Shown piece after piece: positions 1 through 8,337 of a stretch of 64,000 bases of DNA. Position numbers and translations under genes: made by a program. Every line of letters starts with the position of its first letter. Positions within the stretch are counted from its first letter, which is position 1. Location of the stretch: positions 34 to 64,033 of the forward strand of contig DJWJ01000015.1 of assembly GCA_002440965.1 (NCBI GenBank), in the 5' to 3' direction. The notes beneath the pieces are model-generated. The model did not search any database. It was given only the letters and a program-made list of their open reading frames with translations, and was not told the DNA's origin. This DNA comes from Candidatus Omnitrophica bacterium UBA6233. GTDB lineage: Bacteria > Omnitrophota > Gorgyraeia > Gygaellales > Profunditerraquicolaceae.

Positions 1-726
1 AGCGGTCTTATTTATAACGGATCTGCCCAGGTCACTGCCACCGGCACAGCCTCAGGTGTGGAAACACCCGCGTCTGATTTGAGCGGTTTATTAACTGTTA
101 CTGCTTCGCATACTAACGCAGGGACTTATACCGACAGCTGGTCATTCGCAGGTAATACTAACTATAATGCCACCAGCGGCACGGTCAGCACTTCTATCGG
201 CAAGGCCGACTTGACGATTGCCGCCAATGACGCCACTAAGACCTACGGGGAAACCGCAACCTTTGCCGGTACGGAATTCACCAGTGCCGGATTAGTAAAT
301 GGCGATACGGTTACTAGCGTAACCCTGACCAGCGCCGGCGCAGTTAATACAGCCAGTGTCGGCACATATGCCATAGCTCCGAGCGCAGCAGCCGGGGCCG
401 GCTTATCAAATTATGCTATTACCTATGTCAATGGGACACTCACCGTGAATCCAACTACTCTGTTTGCCAACGGCAAGGTCATCAAGAATTTCGAATGGCC
501 GATACAGGAGATTTTGCGTAGTGTGCGTTTCACTACTCGCGATTCATTTATTCCTGTAGCAACAGGATCAGGGCTTTATTTCTACCATCCTTTAACGCCT
601 ACTGATACAGCTGCTTTTGACAGTATGTTCACGCTGGGCGAGGACGCTTACAGCTTTATGAACGGTAAAATAAATATCAACGGCCACGACGGGCTTTTGC
701 CTATCTTAAGCGGCATAAAGAAGTAA
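1..726 (+). CDS. C-terminal fragment of a large MBG-domain (YGX-type) repeat surface/adhesin-like protein; 5' end lies outside the window
   Basis: Open frame from base 1; repeated blocks 'TxNYNATSGTVS...IGKADLTIAAND(A)TKTYGE...YAITYVNGTLTVNP' typical of MBG domains. Confidence 0.6.
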   Translation, partial: SGLIYNGSAQVTATGTASGVETPASDLSGLLTVTASHTNAGTYTDSWSFAGNTNYNATSGTVSTSIGKADLTIAANDATKTYGETATFAGTEFTSAGLVNGDTVTSVTLTSAGAVNTASVGTYAIAPSAAAGAGLSNYAITYVNGTLTVNPTTLFANGKVIKNFEWPIQEILRSVRFTTRDSFIPVATGSGLYFYHPLTPTDTAAFDSMFTLGEDAYSFMNGKININGHDGLLPILSGIKK

Positions 727-849
727 GCGCAAACTTATATAACAGTAAGGTTTTGCAGTAAATTTCTCCCTGCATTCTAGAAAATGCGGTATTTTTTTAA
801 CTTTAAAGATTATATTGCAATTTATTAACAAATATGTTAAACTTTTGCT

Positions 850-1488
850 ATGAAACTAGAAGAGTTTCTTAAGCGTGTGCGCGGTATGCCGCTTGTAGAT
901 GCCGAAAACCTGCTTGCCGGCGTTGCTAATCCGGCTGGGATTAAAGTGCAATTGAGCCGTTGGCGTAAATCCGGGAAGCTTATTAGGCTGAAGAATAATA
1001 TTTATTTGTTATCCGAGAATTTCCGCAAGGTGGATATTTACGAACCTTATATTGCCTGCGTGCTTAAGCAGCCTTCGTATATCAGCCTTCAGAAGGCATT
1101 TGAATACCATGGGCTTATCCCTGAAGGGGTGCCGGTTTATACCTGTGTTACTACTAAGCGTCCCGAGAAGATTGCTACTCCCATCGGAACGTTTGATTAC
1201 CGTCATATTAAAAATAGCCTTTTTTGGGGCTATGTTTCTTTGACAGTAAACAAGCAGCCGGCGTTTATCGCAAGCCCTGAGAAGGCGCTCTTGGATTTTT
1301 TTTATTTAAATGGTTTGCGGATCGATGATGGGTATCTGGAAGAAATGCGGCTGCAAAATTTTAGGAAAATCAATTTCACTAAATTGATAGAATACGCCGG
1401 GAAATTCCAGAGCCCCGGGATCCTGAAAGTTGCTCAGATTATTAAGAGATACGCTGCCAAGCGTAGAAAAGAGGAAAAGTATTTATGA
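850..1488 (+). CDS. abiEi: AbiEi-like antitoxin / transcriptional regulator (type IV TA, abortive infection)
   Basis: 212 aa with N-terminal wHTH-like region; overlaps the downstream nucleotidyltransferase gene by 4 nt (ATGA), the typical AbiEi/AbiEii arrangement. Confidence 0.65.
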   Translation: MKLEEFLKRVRGMPLVDAENLLAGVANPAGIKVQLSRWRKSGKLIRLKNNIYLLSENFRKVDIYEPYIACVLKQPSYISLQKAFEYHGLIPEGVPVYTCVTTKRPEKIATPIGTFDYRHIKNSLFWGYVSLTVNKQPAFIASPEKALLDFFYLNGLRIDDGYLEEMRLQNFRKINFTKLIEYAGKFQSPGILKVAQIIKRYAAKRRKEEKYL

Positions 1489-2294
1489 AAGATTATGTGT
1501 TAGAATTGGTGTCCCGGAAAGAAGGATACAATGCCAAGCTGAATACGATGCGGGAATACCTGCAGGCGTATACTTTAAGGCTGATGCATGACGAAGGAGT
1601 ATTCCGTTCAGTTGCATTTTTAGGGGGGACAGCGCTTAGGTTCCTGCACGGCCTGCCGAGATTCTCCGAGGATCTTGATTTCTCTTTGGTTCAAGGGGCA
1701 CAGGTTAAGTTCGAGGCTCTGCTTAAGAAAATTATGTCGGAGCTTACAGCAGCCGGATACGATGTTTCATTTAACTATAACGATAAGAAAACCGTAAATT
1801 CAGCTTTTGTCAAATTTTCCAAGCTTATGTTTGAAGCCGGGCTTTCCCCTTTAAAAAGCCAAAACTTTTCTATTAAAATTGAAATTGATAATAAGCCTCC
1901 GCGCGGAGCTGTTATTGAAACCCAGATTGTAAATAAATATTTCCCTATTTCGTTTTTATCTTATGAGATTAATTCATTGTTTGCAGGCAAGCTGCACGCG
2001 CTTTTAAACCGGAAATACGCCAAGGGGAGGGACTATTTTGACTTGGGCTGGTATTTATCAAAATGGAAGGGGATAGAACCGAATTTCACGTTGCTTGAAA
2101 ACGCGCTTCTGCAGACAGGGTGGAATGGTGAATTGCCCGATAAAGATAACTGGAGAAAATTAATTCGTAAAGTTGTTGAGCGCGCGGACTGGAAAAAAAT
2201 TAAACAGGATGTTGAACAGTTCCTGGAGAATCCTTCGGACTTGAGTATTTTTACCCAAGAAAACGTAATGAAACTTTTGATCCCGTCGCCTTAA
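1485..2294 (+). CDS. abiEii: AbiEii/AbiGii-family nucleotidyltransferase toxin (DUF1814)
   Basis: Motif 'FLGGTALRFLHGLPRFSEDLDFS' characteristic of DUF1814 nucleotidyltransferases; translationally coupled to the upstream antitoxin. Confidence 0.8.
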   Translation: MKDYVLELVSRKEGYNAKLNTMREYLQAYTLRLMHDEGVFRSVAFLGGTALRFLHGLPRFSEDLDFSLVQGAQVKFEALLKKIMSELTAAGYDVSFNYNDKKTVNSAFVKFSKLMFEAGLSPLKSQNFSIKIEIDNKPPRGAVIETQIVNKYFPISFLSYEINSLFAGKLHALLNRKYAKGRDYFDLGWYLSKWKGIEPNFTLLENALLQTGWNGELPDKDNWRKLIRKVVERADWKKIKQDVEQFLENPSDLSIFTQENVMKLLIPSP

Positions 2295-2376
2295 CTTACG
2301 GAGTCGGGTTTTTTCTAGCAAACCAATGATATTTATAGTATAATTTTCTTAATCAGATGAGAAAGGAGCCGGTAGT

Positions 2377-2931
2377 ATGAAGAAATACGCCGTTATTTTA
2401 TTGTGCGGGTTATTCATTTTAGGATGCGCTGGCAAGCCGCAGGGAAAAATTTTGGCCAGGGTCGGTAATTATGAAATTACCGAAAAAGAATTCGAGGGGG
2501 AATTCAAGGCCTCTATTTACGGCCGTAATGATACCCTTGAATCCCGCAGGGAATTCTTGAATATCCTGATTGACCGCAAATTGATACTTTTAGATGCTCA
2601 GAAGAAGGGGTTGGATAAGGCCAGGAGTTTTCTTAAAATGGTCGAGAGGTTTTGGGAACAGTCTCTTTTAAAGCTGGCGCTGGACCGCAAGAATAACGAG
2701 ATAGCCGGTTTGGTATTTGTTAGCGATAAGGAAGTAAAAGAGGCTTATGAGGCGATGCCTAAGGAGGCCAAGGCGGATAAGCCCTATGAAAAGATGTATC
2801 AGCAGGTAAAATGGCAGGTCATTAGGCAGAAAGAATATCAGGTGATGTCTGATTGGCTGGCGGATTTGCGTAAGAATACCGACATAAGAATATGCAAAGA
2901 TGCGAATCCTAAAGCTAAGGGGGAGAAATGA
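2377..2931 (+). CDS. Lipoprotein with SurA N-terminal-like chaperone domain
   Basis: Lipobox 'LFILGC' signal peptide; 'GNYEITEKEFEGEF...LIDRKLILLDAQKKG' resembles the SurA N-domain. Confidence 0.5.
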   Translation: MKKYAVILLCGLFILGCAGKPQGKILARVGNYEITEKEFEGEFKASIYGRNDTLESRREFLNILIDRKLILLDAQKKGLDKARSFLKMVERFWEQSLLKLALDRKNNEIAGLVFVSDKEVKEAYEAMPKEAKADKPYEKMYQQVKWQVIRQKEYQVMSDWLADLRKNTDIRICKDANPKAKGEK

Positions 2932-3512
2932 AAAATAGCGGGCATAAGCGGCGTAATTATCTTATCGACAGGAATTTTCAGCTTCAGTTCATATTGAGGT
3001 TTAGTATTCTTGTTCTGTTGGGAGGCTTGATTACTACGGCCGTATTGTATCTGTTGGCTATGCAGTCGACCACCGTAGTGTTCCATAATTCCCGCGTCGT
3101 AGCGCGCACTACCGCCGACGCTATCCTGCCTTTGCTTTTACCGACCGTGGTAATCGTAACGGTGATTATCGGGATAGCCGCGGCTGTTCTGGCTATGTTT
3201 GTTTCGCATAAGATATCCGGCCCGCTTTTTCGTTTCAAGAAAGTATTGGAAACTTTAAGCGGAGGGGATTTTTCATTGGATTTCAGTATTCGCGAGTGCG
3301 ACCAATTGCACGATGTTGCCGGAATCCTCAATGGTATGATTCGCGAAACCCGCCAGGAGATGCATAAACTCAAAGAGAGCGCCGCGCTGTTGAAAGAGAA
3401 GCTTAAAGGCATATCGGAAGAAGAGCTTCCTGCGGATAAGCGTTATGTTTTAAAAGAATTTAAGGAGTTGGCCGAAGAATTAAGCAAGCGCGTCTATCAT
3501 TTTAAAACCTGA
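2928..3512 (+). CDS. Membrane protein with two TM helices and a HAMP domain, no output domain
   Basis: Two hydrophobic helices then 'SGPLFRFKKVLETLSGGDFSLDF' HAMP-like segment; ATGA overlap with the upstream gene. Confidence 0.5.
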   Translation: MKNSGHKRRNYLIDRNFQLQFILRFSILVLLGGLITTAVLYLLAMQSTTVVFHNSRVVARTTADAILPLLLPTVVIVTVIIGIAAAVLAMFVSHKISGPLFRFKKVLETLSGGDFSLDFSIRECDQLHDVAGILNGMIRETRQEMHKLKESAALLKEKLKGISEEELPADKRYVLKEFKELAEELSKRVYHFKT

Positions 3513-4111
3513 TGCCCAAACTTCTCTTCAACAAGGTTTTTTGCTTTGCTGTAATTGCGTTGGTTATCTGCTTGGGCGTTTCGTTGGCCGCGGCAGATGA
3601 CGTAGACGATGGTTTTGGCCCCGCCCGTAGTGTTGAAAGCCGGTATTTTACTATCTATTATTCTCCTCAACTTGACCCTCTGGTATTGGTTCAACAGCTG
3701 GGTATCAACGCCGCGGAAAGGATTCTAGCCGGTGAACAGAAGCCTCCGGCTTTAGGCAATGGTTATAGCTTGGCCGAGGCGCTGGATACGCTTTTTCTTC
3801 GCGTCTGCGACATACTGGATATGCAGTTATACAGCTATAGGGGGAATATTAAGATTTGCGTAGACCAGGCTCAATTAGCCGGCATATACCGGAAGATCTT
3901 TGACAAAGATTTGGGCGATGCGAAATCTTTCTATATCTATAGTTTTAATACTGTTTATGTCGCAGCTTCGAGTTTCCGGCAGGGGATAGTCGGCCACGAG
4001 ATAGGGCATGCCATTATAAACCATTATTTTGTGGTCCAGCCTTCTATAAAGGTTCAGGAAGTATTGGCCGGTTACGTTGAGTATCAGTTGCGCAGACAGG
4101 CGGCGAATTGA
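3512..4111 (+). CDS. Secreted hypothetical protein with HExxH zinc-metallopeptidase-like motif
   Basis: Signal peptide; motif 'VGHEIGHAIINH'. Confidence 0.45.
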   Translation: MPKLLFNKVFCFAVIALVICLGVSLAAADDVDDGFGPARSVESRYFTIYYSPQLDPLVLVQQLGINAAERILAGEQKPPALGNGYSLAEALDTLFLRVCDILDMQLYSYRGNIKICVDQAQLAGIYRKIFDKDLGDAKSFYIYSFNTVYVAASSFRQGIVGHEIGHAIINHYFVVQPSIKVQEVLAGYVEYQLRRQAAN

Positions 4112-4132
4112 CAAAATAGAGGAAGAGCAAGA

Positions 4133-4161
4133 TTGACATAGCTTGGAAATTGTGCTATATT
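4133..4161 (+). promoter_or_regulatory. Sigma70-like promoter (TTGACA-17-TATATT) upstream of the PilZ gene cluster
   Basis: TTGACA at 4133-4138, 17-nt spacer, TATATT at 4156-4161. Confidence 0.4.
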
Positions 4162-4207
4162 TCTAACTTAGAGTTAAGAGATAAGTTTATTTATTCGGAG
4201 AAAAAGC

Positions 4208-4555
4208 TTGCTGGAAAATCAGGAAGTTAGAAGGCGATTCCAAAGAATAGATTTACGGGCGGAAATGCGCTACTATGTAAGAGGCGCCGCCTCGGAATTC
4301 GGCAGCGTCGTTTCCAATAATATAAGCGTCGGCGGATTGGGTTTTAACTCTGATAAATATATTGCTCCTCAAACGCCGTTAATGCTGGAAATCGATGTCC
4401 TCTCGAAGGTTCTGCATCCGGTTGGCAAGGTGGCTTGGTGCCAGGCTTTGCCGCGTTCTTACCGTAATAGCTTAGGCGTGGAATTCGTGGAGATTGATCC
4501 GCTCGAAAAGCATTATTTGGAAGACTACATTAATATGCAAACAAACAGGTTTTAA
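4208..4555 (+). CDS. PilZ domain protein (c-di-GMP receptor)
   Basis: 'RRRFQRIDLR' and 'NISVGGLGF' PilZ motifs; TTG start with a GGAG RBS. Confidence 0.7.
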   Translation: MLENQEVRRRFQRIDLRAEMRYYVRGAASEFGSVVSNNISVGGLGFNSDKYIAPQTPLMLEIDVLSKVLHPVGKVAWCQALPRSYRNSLGVEFVEIDPLEKHYLEDYINMQTNRF

Positions 4556-4575
4556 GGAAAGGAAAAACAAAGATT

Positions 4576-4767
4576 ATGGCAACTGAAGAAACTAAAGCGC
4601 AGGCGGCAGCGGAAGCTAAGCCCAAGGAAGAGAAGCAGACAAACTGTTTAAGCTGTAACAAGCCGATTAAGAAGATAAGGCGTTATTACCGCGACGGAAA
4701 ATACTATTGCACCAAAAAGTGCTGGTTAAGTTTTATCAAAAAATCCAAAACTGAAAATAAAGAATGA
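4576..4767 (+). CDS. Small lysine-rich protein with C4 zinc-ribbon (CxxC...CxxxC)
   Basis: 63 aa; 'CLSCNKP...YYCTKKC'; sits between two PilZ genes and overlaps the next gene by 4 nt. Confidence 0.45.
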   Translation: MATEETKAQAAAEAKPKEEKQTNCLSCNKPIKKIRRYYRDGKYYCTKKCWLSFIKKSKTENKE

Positions 4768-5147
4768 CATCCGGAATCGAAAGAAGAAACCATCCCCGGC
4801 TTGAGCATAAGCTGCCTTTTAAGGTAGCGGCGAACGGTTATGGTTTTTCAACCACTACTCAGAATGTCAGCTGCGTGGGGGCGTATTGCCGGATAAAAAA
4901 ATATATACCCCCGTTTACGAAGGTGGCGATTAAATTGACCCTTCCGTTGAAAAAAGAAGCCGGCAAAGCCAAGCGCACGATCGATTGCGAGGGGGTAATT
5001 GTCAGGACCGAGGATAAAGAGGATAAGAGCGGTTTCAATATCGCTATCTTTTTTAACCGGATAAATAATACCCAGCGCAAAATAATAAACGAATATATAG
5101 ATCAATTCCTGCCGCAAAGAGTTTCCCCAGCAATTTCTTTAAAGTAA
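4764..5147 (+). CDS. PilZ domain protein
   Basis: 'RRNHPRLEHKLPF' RxxxR motif and a DxSxxG-like region. Confidence 0.6.
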   Translation: MTSGIERRNHPRLEHKLPFKVAANGYGFSTTTQNVSCVGAYCRIKKYIPPFTKVAIKLTLPLKKEAGKAKRTIDCEGVIVRTEDKEDKSGFNIAIFFNRINNTQRKIINEYIDQFLPQRVSPAISLK

Positions 5148-5150
5148 AAT

Positions 5151-5678
5151 ATGGGGAAAATAGCCCCTAATAAGCCCGTTAAACTTATCGTCGGTTTTAT
5201 CTTCAAAGAAAAGATATTTTTTGAGCGAGCCAAGCATACCCTAACCAGGCATTTTGGAAGGATTGATTTTGAAAGCGGGATAATCCCTTTTACCGCGACC
5301 AGCTATTATGAAGAAGAATTGGGCCTAGGGCTCTCGAGGGTATTTATAAGTTTCGCCAAACTCATCAAGCCGCAGCAAATCGCAAAAATAAAAGTCCTTA
5401 CCAATAGAATTGAAGAAAAATTATCCAACGGTAAAAAGCGTTCGGTAAATATCGATCCGGGTTATCTTAATTTGGCCAAACTTGTTTTGGCTTCAACCAA
5501 GGATTACGTCCACCGTATATATTTAGATAAAGGGATATACGCGGAGACTACTTTATTTTATCAGGGCAAAAGTTTTCAGGATTGGAAGTGGACCTACCCT
5601 GATTTTCGAAACAAAGAGCAGATCGGAATATTTAACCGGATCCGGGAATTATATGCAGAACAAACCAAAGATAAATAA
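5151..5678 (+). CDS. DUF4416-like hypothetical protein
   Basis: 175 aa; family assignment from memory of DUF4416 length and composition. Overlaps the downstream radical SAM gene by 26 nt. Confidence 0.45.
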   Translation: MGKIAPNKPVKLIVGFIFKEKIFFERAKHTLTRHFGRIDFESGIIPFTATSYYEEELGLGLSRVFISFAKLIKPQQIAKIKVLTNRIEEKLSNGKKRSVNIDPGYLNLAKLVLASTKDYVHRIYLDKGIYAETTLFYQGKSFQDWKWTYPDFRNKEQIGIFNRIRELYAEQTKDK

Positions 5679-6639
5679 GCCTGTTTATCTGGAGTCATTC
5701 CAGAACGGCGCGCTTGATAAGATAATCGATAAGGTTTTTGCGTCTTTGGAATCCTGCGCTCTCTGTCCGCGGAAATGCAAAGTCAACCGCTTAAGCGATA
5801 AAAAGGGTTTTTGCCGGACAGGTTTAAAGCCTAAAGTCTATAGCTATATGGCGCATCAGGGCGAAGAGCCGGCTATTTCCGGCTCGCGCGGTTCCGGAAC
5901 GATATTTTTTGCAAATTGCAATATGGGGTGTGTATATTGCCAGAACTATGAATTTAGCCAAACCGGGCAGGGCAGGGAGGTTGGTTTTGAGGAATTAGCC
6001 GGATTTATGCTTGAGCTGCAGAAGATGGGCTGCCACAACATCAATTTAGTAACCCCAACTCATATTTTACCCCAAATTCTTAAAAGTTTGAAAATCGCCA
6101 TTTCCAGCGGTCTGAATATTCCGTTAGTCTATAACACCGGCGGTTACGAATCAGCCGAAATAATAAGATTGCTGGAAGGGATTGTGGATATATATTTACC
6201 GGATATGCGCTATGCCGATGAAGAGCAAGCGGTTAAGTTTTCCGGCGCTCCCGGCTATCCGGAGAATAATCAGGAGTCGGTAAAAGAGATGTTTCGCCAG
6301 GCGGGAACAGTTAAGCTGGATGAATCCGGGATAATCGAGCGGGGTTTGATTATAAGGCATCTTGTTTTGCCGAATAAAGTCAGCGGAACGGAAAAAATAA
6401 TGCGATTTATTTCCGAAAAACTTTCCGGCGACACCTATGTTAGCTTGATGAGCCAGTATTTACCGTATCATCGGGCTGCCGAATTTAAGGAAATAAGCCG
6501 CCGGCTGACGCTTAGTGAATATGAAGAGGCGCAGGATATGCTGGAAAAATATGGTTTGCATAACGGCTGGGTGCAGGAGTCATTCGGTTCAGAAAGGTTT
6601 GCGGGAGTAAACATAAAATCAATTCTTAAGAATGAATAG
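5653..6639 (+). CDS. Radical SAM enzyme, PflX/COG1313 family (PFL-activase-like; resembles AmmeMemoRadiSam-type rSAM)
   Basis: 'CALCPRKCKVNR...GFCRTG' N-terminal Cys cluster plus 'CNMGCVYCQN' CxxxCxxC radical SAM motif. Confidence 0.8.
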   Translation: MQNKPKINKPVYLESFQNGALDKIIDKVFASLESCALCPRKCKVNRLSDKKGFCRTGLKPKVYSYMAHQGEEPAISGSRGSGTIFFANCNMGCVYCQNYEFSQTGQGREVGFEELAGFMLELQKMGCHNINLVTPTHILPQILKSLKIAISSGLNIPLVYNTGGYESAEIIRLLEGIVDIYLPDMRYADEEQAVKFSGAPGYPENNQESVKEMFRQAGTVKLDESGIIERGLIIRHLVLPNKVSGTEKIMRFISEKLSGDTYVSLMSQYLPYHRAAEFKEISRRLTLSEYEEAQDMLEKYGLHNGWVQESFGSERFAGVNIKSILKNE

Positions 6640-7126
6640 AGCCGGGTTTTTCGACAAGCTTATAAGAATCAAAGAACTTTTGTATCAAAAGCTTTTTAAA
6701 ATCAACGATACTCCGCAAAAAGTAGCTTTGGGTTTCGGCGTAGGCGTGTTTACCGGGATCCTTCCGGGAACAGGGCCTTTGGCGGCTTTGTTTTTGGCGT
6801 TACTTTTTAAAGTAAACCGCGCCAGCGCCCTTATCGGCAGTATCCTTACTAATACCTGGCTTAGCCTGGCAACTTTTCTCTTGGCAATTAAAATTGGTTC
6901 TGCTATATTTGGAATTAGCTGGCAGGGCTTAAGAAGCGAGTGGGCCTTAACTATAAATAACTTCGCTTGGAAGGATTTCTTCAGCGGTTCTATTCTAAGG
7001 ATTGTTCTTCCGGTTGTATCCGGATACGCTATAGTTTCATTGTGCTTGGGGTTGTTTTCTTATTTTATAACTTTGGCAATACTTAAACGAAGGCGCCGGG
7101 ATCATTTACCGGATAATCTCGAATAA
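6632..7126 (+). CDS. DUF2062 family membrane protein
   Basis: 'ALGFGVGVFTGILPGTGPLAALFLALLF' signature; 8-nt overlap with the rSAM gene. Confidence 0.55.
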   Translation: MNRAGFFDKLIRIKELLYQKLFKINDTPQKVALGFGVGVFTGILPGTGPLAALFLALLFKVNRASALIGSILTNTWLSLATFLLAIKIGSAIFGISWQGLRSEWALTINNFAWKDFFSGSILRIVLPVVSGYAIVSLCLGLFSYFITLAILKRRRRDHLPDNLE

Positions 7127-7534
7127 ATGTCTAGTAAGGTTTTAGCCATTTCCTTAATCTGCGTTTCATTGCTGCTTTGCGGGTTTTCTAGCGGGCATCA
7201 AGCTCCCGGCCGCGGCGACAATATTCCTGCGCCCCGCCTGCTTTATCCTATTTACGATACAGTCGTCTTGAAAGGAAATACGCCTTTGGAATTCAGGTGG
7301 TTAAATGATTATGTATGGACGGGCCATTTTATTTTTAAATTATACAAAGGTTACAATATGTATGCGTCCGGATTGATTCTTAAGCAGGATGTATCACCGG
7401 AAGAGTCAGGGATTAAAATCGATTCGGGCTTATTCAGTGACGGGCAGGTTTATACCTGGAGCCTTGTAACGGTCGGTTTTGACGGGCAAAAAAGCGATAA
7501 AAGTTTTAATTCTTTTAAGGTAATAAGAAAATAA
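7127..7534 (+). CDS. Secreted hypothetical protein
   Basis: Signal peptide; no recognisable domain. Confidence 0.4.
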   Translation: MSSKVLAISLICVSLLLCGFSSGHQAPGRGDNIPAPRLLYPIYDTVVLKGNTPLEFRWLNDYVWTGHFIFKLYKGYNMYASGLILKQDVSPEESGIKIDSGLFSDGQVYTWSLVTVGFDGQKSDKSFNSFKVIRK

Positions 7535-7543
7535 GGAGATAGA

Positions 7544-8323
7544 ATGCCAATAATGCAGCGGGTATTACTGGAGGTTCCCTTTTTTGTTTTGGGCCTGATG
7601 GTGGTAGGAGGGGCGGTAGTTTTAACCCTGATAGGGCTATTCGTTGTCCGGCATTTTATCCCGCATAATAAATTGAGGTTGCATCATGACGTGGCAGATC
7701 CGTTGCTTGGGGTAATGGGCGCGGTATATTCGGTGCTTCTGGCTTTTGTCGTGGTTACTGTTTGGGTTAATTTTGATAAATCGGATTCCAATGTCCAGCA
7801 GGAAGCTAATTCCCTTGCGGATATCTATAGGGATGCCGAGGGGTTATCCGCCGATTTCAGGGCCAAATTGAATCCTTTGCTTAGAGCCTACCGCGATGCT
7901 GTAATTGAATATGAATGGAAGACGATGGAGAAAGGGGAGATGAGCCCGTATGTAGAAAAACTAATGAATCAGATTTGGGCGCTTTATACAAACTACGAGC
8001 CGAAAAGCTTCACAGAAAAAGCATTTTTCGACGAATCGGTGCGCAAACTTAACACATTTAGGGAGTTGAGAAGATTGCGCCTTATGGATTCAAGAAAGGG
8101 CATTGAGCCTTTGTTGTGGTTTGTGCTTATTGCTGGCGGCATGGCTACGGTTTCTTTTACTTTTTTATTTGGGGCGGAGAATTTTCAGGCCCAGCTAATT
8201 ATGGGGGTTTTGCTTTCAGCAATGGTAGCTTTGATATTATTTGCAATTATGGCGATGGACTACCCTTTTACGGGAAAAGTTTCAATATCTTCTAAGCCTT
8301 TTCAACAGACAATGTTGTATTAA
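7544..8323 (+). CDS. Hypothetical membrane protein (DUF4239-like)
   Basis: Multiple TM helices; tentative family recall. Confidence 0.45.
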   Translation: MPIMQRVLLEVPFFVLGLMVVGGAVVLTLIGLFVVRHFIPHNKLRLHHDVADPLLGVMGAVYSVLLAFVVVTVWVNFDKSDSNVQQEANSLADIYRDAEGLSADFRAKLNPLLRAYRDAVIEYEWKTMEKGEMSPYVEKLMNQIWALYTNYEPKSFTEKAFFDESVRKLNTFRELRRLRLMDSRKGIEPLLWFVLIAGGMATVSFTFLFGAENFQAQLIMGVLLSAMVALILFAIMAMDYPFTGKVSISSKPFQQTMLY

Positions 8324-8337
8324 TTGGATAGCTTATA

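Noticed and set aside
1009-1243. Overlapping small ORFs 1009..1206 (-) and 1052..1243 (+) inside abiEi
   Set aside because: They are fully contained in the AbiEi coding sequence with no independent support.
2295-2335. Possible terminator hairpin after abiEii (CCCG...CGGGTTTTTT)
   Set aside because: The stem is only 4 bp with many mismatches. The T-run alone is insufficient to call a terminator.
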